64,000 bases of DNA. Origin: the human T2T-CHM13v2.0 reference genome, Homo sapiens. A program made the position numbers and the translations under genes. The stretch lies in assembly GCF_009914755.1 (NCBI RefSeq), contig NC_060927.1. One strand, given 5' to 3'. The notes below the pieces were generated by a model. It saw only the letters and a program-made list of their open reading frames with translations, was not told where the DNA came from and did no database searches. Positions 1 through 11,229 of the stretch are shown one piece after another. The first letter of the stretch is position 1, and every line of letters begins with the position of its first letter.

Positions 1-3000
1 CAAAAGAAAAACTATCATGTGCCCCTCGGTTCAGAATCTGGCTGTAGCTACCAGCGGAGAGAAACAGACTTCAGTGGTATTTCTCCTGCCCCAGGGTGAG
101 CTGGTTTGCATTAGGGCACAACTCTCTCTGGAAGCCTGCCTCTCCAGACCTTCCTTCCCATTCACTGCTGGTAGCTACATCGGGAGCCACCTGGCTTCCT
201 CCCCAGGGGAGGAGGGCTCTGGAGACACTACCAGATTTTCTGGCTGCAGAGGAGGGGACAAGCTACCTATTAAGACAATTTCACAGTTCCTTTTTTGGCT
301 TTGGATCCAGCCTGAAGAGTTCAGAATACCCTCCTGAATGCTCATGAGACATCAAAAGGGAAGAATGTGGAGATCTAAGGTTGGAGGGTGAAATCTACGC
401 CGAGACTTTGCAAAGTACAAGGCAAAAAAAACTGGCTTTGCTTCTTAGATATTTTTTCCAAACCTTCAATAATCACCCTGAGGGAAAGCGGATGGAGCCC
501 GTCTGACAACCAGACTTTATTTCAAGGAAAAGCATACTTCTTTATGAAAAGCAAATCCAGGAGATAAATTTTAGCTCATGGTTGTTTCCTTTTTTTCATC
601 ACATATTTGGCTATTTTCAAATGTCTTATGTATGCTTCTTCTCACTGCCTGCCCTCATGTCCCCTCCAGCGAACTCAGTGCCACTGGAAGCATTTCTCTG
701 AAGTCCTTCTGACCACAGAATCCCCATTCCATGCCTCGGCTGTTCAGATCAGCCTCAAACTCCTGGCCTTTTAATAACTAGATCTTATCCTGCTCCCTGG
801 AATCTTGCACTCTCTGCTTCAATTTTCCCCTAGATGCTTCTTTCTTTTTAAACAAGGGAGCCCCCTTTATTTTCTATGCAGAGTCCTCTTACGGGGAATT
901 CTTTTCCCTTTAACATCTGAGTTGCTAACCCACTGTCATTTGCCTGCCAGGCCCAAAGGTGTACTTACATTATGGTTATAATTTATACATACACACTCTA
1001 ACTAGTGCCGGCACATACTAGGGGCCTGGTATCTTGCCACTCCTTTAAGCCAAGCCTAGAGGGATAGGACAATGATAGAATAGAAACTGACGACCAAAGC
1101 CTCTGTTAAATGAGCTTGATGAGTTCACAAAATGAATTTTTAAAAAAGCAACCTAATCCGGTAATGGCATCAGCATGCCTGGCACTTGTCCAAGAGCTGG
1201 GAGCTGCAACATGACAAGCCTCTGAGCTCCTTGGATTCCAAGTGGAGAAGCACTGTGTGCCAGGGCACAGATGGGGCCCAAGCTGCCTCAAGGGCAGCCG
1301 TATGCCCGAGAGGGGGCTGTCAGCCTCTGAGGCTGGATGTACTTTACCACCACTAAAACCCAAGAAATGTGTGGAGGGAACAGTTTCTCGGCAGAGAATC
1401 ACACACCCCACCCCACCACCAAGAAACATTTTTTTCTAGGGCTGAAATTAAAACAATGATACTACTAGATGGTAGAAATGGGAGACAGTACACATTTTCG
1501 GCTTCATTATGCTACCCATGCCTTACTCCTGTAAAACTGAAGAATGCTGAAAGAGGAGGGGATAAATGGTAATTTCTTCATGGATGCCAGGATTTTGTTA
1601 CTTCTGGCACCTACACAAGTGATCTTGACACAGATGTAACTCCCCGTCCCAAATCTTTCTCACCAAATACAAAGGACTGGTAAGCCTACTGGGTTTTGTT
1701 AGATGACTAACAGCGCAGAGACACAGAAGGGTAAGAGAAAAATTCAGTTTTAAATAAGCCTAACTGAATTAAAGGTAGACGAAAGCAGATTTTGTAAAAC
1801 AGATGGCTCCTTTAAGTAAATGCGTACTGTAGGTCTTGGGTCCTTCAGAATACTGAGTCTAAGAATCTTTGAGGCTATCAAAACAGGAAGGATTTCAAAT
1901 CATTTAGCACCCTCCCAGCAGTAAGGTACTGGGCTAACTAACAAACACTTTGAAAGTAACACTGTAAAACCTGGAGTCAAAGAATCTCTCCTCCATGTTT
2001 TCCTCACGCTTTCATCAGCATTCTTTTCTACCTTCAGAACTACTGATTCCTGAAAAGTATAAACCAATGGCCTTGTTTTCCCTCAAACCTCTTATTTTTA
2101 AAGTGCCCACTGTTTTCTTTCTTACCTTGCCAAACAAAAAGACTTTAGGATGATCCTTTTGAATAGAGGTGGCCCAAGCAAGAAAACGTGGTGTTTTGCT
2201 ATACCACACCTAGGACCAAAGACCAAAATGATGTACCCTCTCCAAAGGAAAGGCACTGCCTCTACTGTACTAAACTCACACATTAATAAAGAAATCCAGC
2301 TGAATAATCTCATCGTGAAACAGGATTAAGATCAATGTGTTTTAGGCTCAAGGGCTGTCATAACAGTTAATCCTATTTCCCCAGCCGTCTATTGCAATGT
2401 ATTTATGAAAAGTCGATTTTATCAGTTAATTAGCTGGTCCTTAGGAAATTACTTGTACTTCCTCCAGTTGTTCCATTCTCTTTGAAACACAGATCTAAAA
2501 AGAACACTTCAAGGGGAAAATGGGGTCATTTGGATCTTAAAACAATTCTCTAGGCTGTATTTGGTATGGAGGCCATGACTTTGAAATAAGATTTTTATCA
2601 TGCTCTCTACTCAGCATAAAATATCTTAGTTATTCAAGATGCTAACAGGTATATATTTATAATATCATAACTGAAATTAATAAGTGAGATTAAAAATCAG
2701 ACCCAAAATGTATATTTAAAAAACTGCTATTTATATATGCTAAAATCTAGTAACACACTCTTTAAGTACCCAGTCAGTTCAGAAAAATGAATGGAACACA
2801 TCACCTTACCCCGACTTTGAAACACTCTTGAGTTCCAATCTTATCCATGGCATAGTTAGTTCTATGAAAATGTGTAGTAAATATGTACATACATCTATGC
2901 ACTGACCCAGATTCCCTGGTTTAGCCGCTCTATGTGTTAAGGTACACATTTAGCTACATACACAGTTACATAGATATATACACATGCACAAACACTTTTT

Positions 3001-3074
3001 CATATATAGGAAATATGTACACAGTTTTATCTGTATACACACGAAAGGTGTCTTCTAGGAAACATGGCAGTTTT

Positions 3075-3233
3075 CTTTTGTTTTCGTTTTTTAGAGATAG
3101 GGTCTTGCTCTGGTACCTAGGCTGGGGTACAGTGGTGTGATCACTACTCGCTTCAACTGTAACCTCGAACTCCTAGGCTCAAGAGATCCTCCCGACTTGG
3201 CCTCCTAAAGCACTGAGGTTACAGGTGTGAGCC
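3075..3233 (-). mobile_element. Old monomeric or partial Alu (FLAM/AluJ-like)
   Basis: agagatagggtcttgctc...ggttacaggtgtgagcc with a T-rich tail. Confidence 0.75.
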
Positions 3234-4113
3234 TAAATATGTCAGTTTTTTATAATTTTTTTCTTTTATAATTACTCTCTGTCTTCCAAATCCTAGATGG
3301 AAAAACTCAAAGCATGAAGGTATTGAGTAACTTTCTCAGGATCATAGAAGGAAGAGAAGTGAGTGCTGAATTGGACAGCCAGAGGCCTCCCAGATGCTTT
3401 CCTGAACACCATCTCCAGGTATCTGAAATAATGGAGACCCTGAATACACTTGAATATGCCACTACTCCCTGGCTCTGCAGCTTTGTGAGAGCTTCTTTAA
3501 GAATATTATTTTATACATCTTCCTCTTACTTCACCTAAACCTTCCCATCTGCCCCCACTACTGGTCAGTCTCTTCAGCTATTTGGGAATAGCTGTGAAAG
3601 GAGGGGGCTGGGCAAGCTTGTCTCTACAAAGGACATCCAACTCAAGCAATCTGAGATCTTCAGAGTTACTTCTTAGGACCAAGGGACAATGAGGTCCACT
3701 GGTAGAATCCCTATGATCTATAGATTTCTATTCCCTTGAATTTGACCTTTCAGAGTCTCCATGCTTTACTGATATCTATATGTGTGAGGTAGAGGTGAAA
3801 TCTGTACAGCTAGAAGTAAGCTGGGCATTTCTATAAGATATAAAAGCAATGGTTTCATTCACTCAAATCAGACTTAAGGATGTATCCCTATGGGCAGGAA
3901 ACCCAATTCTAAGAAACTTACAAAATATAATCTCTTTAGAAGTTGAACTTTTAGTGTTTAGAGAAAAAAAAAAGCCATAATCTTTAAAACTGACATTCCA
4001 AAATAAAAATATTACCTACATTTCTTAGTATTTCTCTTTCTTTCATGTATACAATAAATTTACACATATACAATGGAAAATTATCAAATCATTATTAATA
4101 GGAAAGTGTATTA

Positions 4114-4450
<337 letters not shown>

Positions 4451-5409
4451 GGTTTGCTTTCCCCTGGCAAATCTAAGTTTGGCTTATATTCATTGGTTAA
4501 GTGAGTCAAACCAACTCATAAGGTTTCATTAAATTTGAATGAGTTTTCTTCCCTCCCCTGAAAAAAATCACGAGCTCTTCCAGAAAATGACTGGAGTGAA
4601 GCTGGTCCTGAACTCGAGGCTGTGGAAAGCGCTCATGGAAAAGTAAGTGCATGCAGCCGGCTGTGGGCTCTGCCAGCTCCTCCTCATGCTTCTGGCTGTT
4701 GGTCTGAACTGCAGGCAAACAAACTTGCTTTTGCAAGAATGAATGGCTCAAAGATGCACCACCCACATTTGTGTTCTTGCCTTGCTTCTTAAGCAAGTTA
4801 TTCTATTTGAATCTATCCCTTCTTGAAGCTCTACCTCAAGAAATAAAGTCAGAGGGAAAGAATCATTAGAAGACCTTTTCTAGGCTAGTCAACCATCTCT
4901 TTTATCCTTAAAAGACAGAAAGGCTCAACCTTAGGCAGTTAAAACAAAAAGTAAGCAAAGTAAAAAAAACATCATACTTGGTAAGCAGAAACATCTCCCA
5001 AATTACCTCCACTTGAGGTATGGAATTTTAATTAAAGAACTTAGCACATTCTATTTGCTGAGCAGAAATTATTTCTAAAGAGCCAAAACACATTTATTGA
5101 TTTCTTCACTTTAGCCTATTCCCACAGATAAATATCTCTCCAAATATAAATCCTGCTTGCTGACAAAGAACATACCCTTGCTTCAGCACATGCAATCAAT
5201 TTGAATGCAGCCATCTCATCTCCCTTTTAACTCTTTTGGGTTACAGAGAAACAAACAAAAGTGTCATAAAAGCATTTCAAAGAACCTCTGCCAAGAAAGC
5301 CACCTCCCAAACAGACTGCAGTTTATGCTGCTCTGAGCAAGAACTGGAAAGGCTGGGCCAAATTGTCAACACAGAACAAAGTTGGATTACAAACCCTGTC
5401 TTTCATCTT

Positions 5410-5413
<4 letters not shown>

Positions 5414-5448
<35 letters not shown>
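5414..5448. repeat. (CA)n microsatellite
   Basis: Pure CA run. Confidence 0.95.
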
Positions 5449-5452
<4 letters not shown>

Positions 5453-6506
5453 GATTATCTTTATTTAGTCTTTCAGTGGCAAGCTTCCCAATCACTCGAA
5501 AGCAATCAAAGGGCAATAATTAACATGCATTTACTCTCCCATAGAACACATCCACAGCAAGCTGTGACAAAGCTAAGGTAACCATGCATGTGTGTGTTCC
5601 AGTTTATTCCCTTTTACAGTTTCATGGCATTGTGCCTTGGACATGAGGCCTATCATTAAGGAATGTTTAGCTGTTACCTCTGCTCTTACATTTAAAAGAT
5701 TTGGAATACCCAACTTTTTACTTAGAGAGAGACCTAAGATACTCTCTCTCCAGTGGCATTTTTACACACATACACCCACCTACCCAGAGATAAAACAAAG
5801 CTGGGAAGAATCTGTTGGTCCAAAATGAGAAATTGAGTCCTTGCATGGCTCAGGTGCTTGCTATTATAAACTATGACTAAGAGACATGAATTTCTCTATG
5901 ATGCAACTCTCAAGAGAGGCAGCATTTTCTCCAGGCCTCTCTTAAACCTGCTCATTCGCCAGTGACTAATGCTCTCTAGAGCAGCCCTGTGCTGCTCAAA
6001 TTTCATCAGCCGGCTTTGTCCTTCATAACTCTGCCTAGACCATAAAAGCTCCCAAACCTGTTGAGGACAGCCCCAAAAGATCAGTGCAAAGTAACCATGC
6101 CCCTGCCAGTGTTGAAAGCCATCTTTTGAGCTTCCCACTGCATTTTCTCTCTAGTAATGAGCACTTAGTGGCCATTTTAAGAAAAAGTTTCTCTTCTCTG
6201 AAGAGAAAAGCCACAGCAACTACACGAAAAGTAAGAGTAAATCAGGCCACTCTGTGACCACCCCTTGTCAGCTTAGGGGTAGAGACAAAATTGACAACAT
6301 GTTGGATGAAGCCAAAGTTAACTGGAGTTTTCCATTAACTATTTTCTGCACCTTTAAGAAAAAGAGAAATATCAGGTTCATGATTCACATCAAGGACTTA
6401 ATTTATAAAACAAACCCCAAAAAAGCCATAAAACAATGTGTGATTAATAGATGCTTGGCCTAACACCAAATATATTTTGTCAGTTAATTTATAATTTTGA
6501 GCTTAA

Positions 6507-6836
<330 letters not shown>

Positions 6837-7083
6837 TAAGGTAAAAAGAAATTTAGGATAAAATTATGTTCAGTAAATCTTACCTGCAATACAGTAGAAA
6901 TACTTTAGAAATAATTTTATTATGAAATAAAAGTTTTCAGGGTTAATTCTGAATTATTAGAAGAAACTAAATGCATACTACTGTCTAAATCTGGCCATAG
7001 CTGAAAAAAGCATATTCTAGACATGGATGATCTAAGACCAAACAATTTCAGAACAAATGTGCCATCACCAGAAAGGTACTTAC

Positions 7084-7134
7084 GGTTATCAGACTGAAAA
7101 TCTGGGACAAACTGTTCATCATCAGGAACTTGTG
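7084..7134 (-). CDS. ETV5: ETV5 exon 5 (51 nt), COP1-degron region
   Basis: ttccag|CA CAA GTT CCT... encodes (A)QVPDDEQFVPDFQSDN; donor C|gtaagt. The following intron runs off the left end of the window. Confidence 0.96.
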
Positions 7135-7227
7135 CTGGAAAATAGATTTTTATTTTAGACCTTTAAGTTTTATTAAAAAGCACAGTAAAATGTTTTATAT
7201 GGAAAATAGGACATCCATGAAACTTGC

Positions 7228-7275
7228 CTTCAGCTAACCAAGCCTCTTGAAGTTGACTGAGATCCTGAAATAGCT
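7228..7275 (-). CDS. ETV5: ETV5 exon 4 (48 nt), acidic transactivation helix
   Basis: tttcag|AG CTA TTT CAG... encodes (E)LFQDLSQLQEAWLAE; the donor is the non-canonical AAG|gcaagt. Confidence 0.95.
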
Positions 7276-7403
7276 CTGAAATTGAAAAAGAAGACCCCAG
7301 AATGAGGATATTTCTTTCGCTAGGGAGAAGACAGGGAAGAATCTACACGCTACTGTCACTGGGAGCAGGGAAGCCACAACATAATCAGGGAAAGCTTTAC
7401 TAC

Positions 7404-7491
7404 CTTCAGAATCGTGAGCCAGATCTGTGTCCAAAAACTTCCTCTTTCTGTCAATCACAGGCCGCCCTCTGCATTCCTCAGATCGAGATTT
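7404..7491 (-). CDS. ETV5: ETV5 exon 3 (88 nt)
   Basis: ctttcag|AAA TCT CGA... encodes KSRSEECRGRPVIDRKRKFLDTDLAHDSE plus 1 nt; donor G|gtagta; frame is continuous with the flanking exons. Confidence 0.97.
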
Positions 7492-7602
7492 CTGAAAGAG
7501 GCCAACAGAAAGTGAAGGCTCAAGTGTAGTAAAGAGGTCCACAGGGGGAAGACTCATATTGGAGAGGGAGGACAAAACAAACCAAAAGCCACATAAACTT
7601 AC

Positions 7603-7647
7603 CCCTGGGACCATAAAAGGGACTTGCTGATCATAAAACCCGTCCAT
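7603..7647 (-). CDS. ETV5: ETV5 (ERM, PEA3-group ETS factor) first coding segment, in exon 2 (exon 7603-7721; 5' UTR part 7648-7721)
   Basis: Minus strand ACC ATG G (strong Kozak) encodes MDGFYDQQVPFMVPG, the ETV5 N-terminus. Acceptor attacag|GAGG at 7721/7722; donor GGG|gtaagt at 7603/7602. Confidence 0.97.
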
Positions 7648-10235
7648 GGTGCTTTCAGCGTCTCTAATACCACTTTGAGAGGTTTCAGCATTGAGTAATT
7701 TCTGGGGGAAAAGGGATCCTCCTGTAATATGAATTTGGGAGATTTTAACTAAGAGGGGGGAAAAAAAGAAATGAAACAATTTTAGACTGCCTTTTTTTTA
7801 GGGCCTGTGCAAAATTATTACCCTTCTGTGAAGTACTTAAAACCTACTCAAGGTGCAAGCTTTACACACCAATGCCGGGCTTGATTAATGGTATCAGAGG
7901 TACAGGATGTACTCCGTGCCAAATCCATTTATCCAGTCATCATTTTTTCTTTCTTATTTAAATCATTAAAATTACAGATTTGCTACTGTCTGTCCTCTAC
8001 CAAAACAAAAATAAATAAATAAAATAAAATAAAAGGGTGATTTCAAGATTCTCTCATATACTCCAGGGCATTTGTAGTAGGGTTTTTAAAAAAGAGATAA
8101 TTTAATTTTTGACAGTACAGTGTCAGGAAGCAGAGAAACTGGGTTTAAGTATTCCAAATTATTGGCAATTAAAGATCTGACATACATGGTGTTTCCAAAA
8201 GCATTTTGTAGGTCACTGTTAAAACACTATATATAGTTCCTGGAATAAATTGATCAGAGGTATACTTATCTTCACACACAACTCTTTATTTAAAAGAGGA
8301 CTAAACAGATATAGCATCTGTAATGTCACAAATATCTCCCTGGTTACTTACAGAGATATTTGTGACATCTCCAACTTCTAAAAGAGTAAAATGTCTATGA
8401 AAAGTAATGGATTAAAAAAACTAATTCCATTGCATGTGGTACAATGCATCTCTACCAAAGGTCTTTTAAAACTTAGGCTGTTTCATATAGCGGAATCATT
8501 TTTTTCTAGACATACCCCCCCACCCCCAAATGAAACTCATTTCAGGACGGGTAAGTGTGTGAGTCTGGGGAAAAAGGGTGGGGTTAGAAGGGAGAAAACT
8601 TCTCCTAACGTGAGTGGAATAAAGTAACAATTTCAGGGAGGTACCATCTTCCTAAACACTTTTATTCTTCAAATAAAAACACCGTTAAGTCAACAAAAGG
8701 TGGAAAAACATTAATTTCACTCACTCCAGCTCTAAGCAATTCAAAATGCTTAAAGGTCAACTTCTTTTGTTTGACATATACACAATTTTAAACAGGAAAC
8801 TTTTCCCCCGGTGAGCAATTCCATCCAATTTGTTTTTCACACTGTGTGTAGCATATCAAATTTTTCATAAGTGGGCAGGATACAAGGACACCCTTCACAG
8901 CCAGCATCCTCCGCAGCACTTTGGCCCAAGGAATCAGATATTTTCAAAGTCAAAGGAAAGAGAGGAGCAAAATAGCACACAGTTCATAACTTCCTAGAAA
9001 AACACTCGCGCCAGCCTGCCTGCGTGCCCCGTCCAAACACCACAAGAAATGTTCAGAATAACGCCTCTCTCAAATGCCACCAAACCGTATACAAAATCTG
9101 AGAAACCTCAGCAGTGAGTTGAGGGGCATGAAAGAGAGAGTGCTCTGTCGCTTAGGAAAATCTGTCAGATTAAATCATGGCCTAAGACATTTTGTGAATG
9201 TGTTAGGAGGAAGGGGACAACCAGTAGAAGACGGGAGGGGGAGATATTTTTCAGTCTCATGATGAAATACTTCACCCGGAAGAGCAAAAAAAATTCTAAA
9301 AAACTAAAAGAAATAAACTGCCATAAACGAACGGAAAAGAGGCATTCCAGGGTTAGAAAAATTGTATTCCAAGTATAATTTTTTTAAAAGCCTGAAGGAA
9401 AGGCTCGAGTTCATCCAGGAGTTTAAACCACTTCCTTTGCCCCCCCACCACCCGCGCCCCGGGCGCCCCCAGGAAAACTTTAGCACAGCGCAGCGGCGCG
9501 ATCCAGGCCCCTCCCCTGTGGCGCGCAGCGGGCCCGGTTTTATGAATGGGAGAGCGAGCCGCGGCCGCCACATCAGGTAGAGGCTGTAACTGGATCTCTA
9601 GCGCTGGGCCCCATTCACAAAACAAGACACACTTCCACCCAATTCTCAGCCTTCCCCATTCATGAAAACTCCTTCAGCTGCGCCCCCGCCCCCATTTCCA
9701 ACGCACGCCCAGCCTCCGACGCAGGCCCCTCACCCCAGCGTTTTAGGAAGAAAGCTCAATGCTTCATTCACAAAAAGGGAAGAAAAAAAAAAAAGCCGCA
9801 GGGAGCAGCGAGCCAACGAAAGAAACCCGCTTCATTCATAAAGTCACCCACATTCATAAAAACGAGGTGCGGCGCCCGGCGCTACCAACCGCTTCCAATC
9901 CCCCCACCCCCAACATCTCTCCCTGGCACCCCCTCGTCGACCAGGAGTTCGGTTCCCCCCCGAGTTTTCTCCACCCTCTGAAAATGCGGCCGGAACCCTA
10001 ATCCGCTGCGAGGCTGCAGCATCTTTCGGTGCTGTCCCCTCCACACCCGTGTTATCCCCACCATCCCCAGGCCGCTGTTCCGGTGCGCCCCGATTTTCTC
10101 GAGTCGCCGCACAGCCGGACGCCCTCAGCCTGCTGGGTGGGAGCAGGGCGACTGGATGTCCACTTTCCACCACCTGAAACTTGCAAGGCCTGCGTAAGTT
10201 CCTGGTCGACCCCCGCCCCCGCAGGCTGCACTTGC

Positions 10236-10287
10236 CTGTGTCATTTACCCCCTCCCGGTGCTCTGGGGGGCAGCGCCTCTCAGACAT
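10236..10287 (-). CDS. ETV5: Putative ETV5 alternative first exon, coding part MSERRCPPEHREGVNDT
   Basis: ATG at 10287; ACAG|gcaagt GC-type donor at 10236/10235. A phase-1 join to exon 2 reads in frame into the main ATG (+42 aa). Confidence 0.5.
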
Positions 10288-10718
10288 TCCCCTCAAACTG
10301 CTTCCCGCCCCCTCCTCCCAACTGCGGAGCTCCGCCAAGCGTCTCTTCTCGCGAGCCTCCAAGTCCCCTCGGGGCTCTCGAATCTCCAGAGACTGTGAAA
10401 GCCTCGCAACTCCGCGATCCCCCATCCACTCGGGAGCCCCCGCACTCGCGCTCCGGGGCGCCTCCCCCACGACGTGTGGAAAGCCGCTCTCCCCGCGCTC
10501 CGGAACCGTTAGCCGCACCCGCCCGACGCCTCCCAGGAACCAAACCGGACCGGGCCGCGGGGGGAGGGGGCGGTCAACCCGGGGGGGGTCACCCCAGCTA
10601 CTGCACCCCGACTTTGAAGATTCTGAATCAGCCCGTGAACTCTAGCCGGCTGGGCCTGTCGGACCAGTGGCCGGACGCCCCTTCCGATCTCCCCCCTGCC
10701 CCCGCAAAGCCCCCTCAC

Positions 10719-10868
10719 CTGAGGCGGCCGCTCTCCTCCCCTTGCAGCGGCCCCGGCGGCGCAGGCGCGCTCACGCACGCGCGCAGCGGGCCTGGGCGCC
10801 TGGGCGAAAGGCTGGGCCGAACCGCTCCGAAGACGGTGAACCGCTCCGCGCACCAGCGGCTGGACTCT
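10719..10868 (-). other. ETV5: ETV5 non-coding exon 1 (5' end approximate)
   Basis: GC-rich segment AGAGTCCAGCCGCTGG...CCTCAG|gtgagg with a consensus donor, downstream of the CCAAT boxes. It matches my recollection of the ETV5 mRNA 5' end. Confidence 0.8.
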
Positions 10869-10937
10869 GCGCCGCAGCTGCCAACCAGGCTGGAGCGCTG
10901 GCCCGGCCCCCCGCGGCTCGCTGCTCCGCCCGCCGCC

Positions 10938-11144
10938 ATTGGCCCGCGGCCCTAGCCCAGCCTTGTTCCCATTGGCCAGAGGCCGTTCCCGCGGCTGTCC
11001 ATCACCTCTTGTTTACCCTGTCTGCGGGCAAATCCAACCAAGCCGCCCCATCAACTCCGGCCCCCATTGGCCAGCGGTGCATCTCTCTCCACCCCCTCAG
11101 GGGTCTGTTTTACATAATTTATGCACCGGGGGCCATTGGCCAAT
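10938..11144 (-). promoter_or_regulatory. Cluster of NF-Y-type CCAAT boxes
   Basis: CCATTGGCC, with the ATTGG at 10938, 10971, 11066 and 11135; the last is the palindrome ATTGGCCAAT (11135-11144). Confidence 0.75.
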
Positions 11145-11220
11145 CAGCACAGGCTTGTTTATATAATGAATGTAAGGACGTTTTTCATTCATAAAAAACG
11201 CGACCTGAGGGGGAAGCTTA

Positions 11221-11229
11221 GCTGAGTCA
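11221..11229. promoter_or_regulatory. AP-1 / ARE-like site
   Basis: GCTGAGTCA, the reverse complement of TGACTCAGC, ~350 bp upstream of ETV5 exon 1. Confidence 0.4.

Larger units (their letters stand above)
9190..11198. promoter_or_regulatory. Capicua (CIC)-type TGAATGAA sites and variants
   Basis: Exact TTCATTCA at 9763, 9831 and 11184, plus five TGAATGGG/TGAATGTG variants. ETV5 is an established CIC-repressed gene. Confidence 0.7.

Noticed and set aside
7234-7779. 181-aa single ORF covering the ETV5 start
   Set aside because: It reads through introns; the real CDS is the spliced exons listed.
10715-10939. 74-aa ATG ORF upstream of and through ETV5 exon 1
   Set aside because: Its ATG lies inside a CCAAT box upstream of the likely TSS. 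If spliced it stops in exon 2 before the main ATG, and there is no evidence it is transcribed.
10029-10955. 308-aa Pro-rich plus-strand ORF and other overlapping ORFs in the CpG island
   Set aside because: Stop-poor GC-rich DNA, many non-ATG starts, overlapping ORFs in most frames and no recognisable domain.
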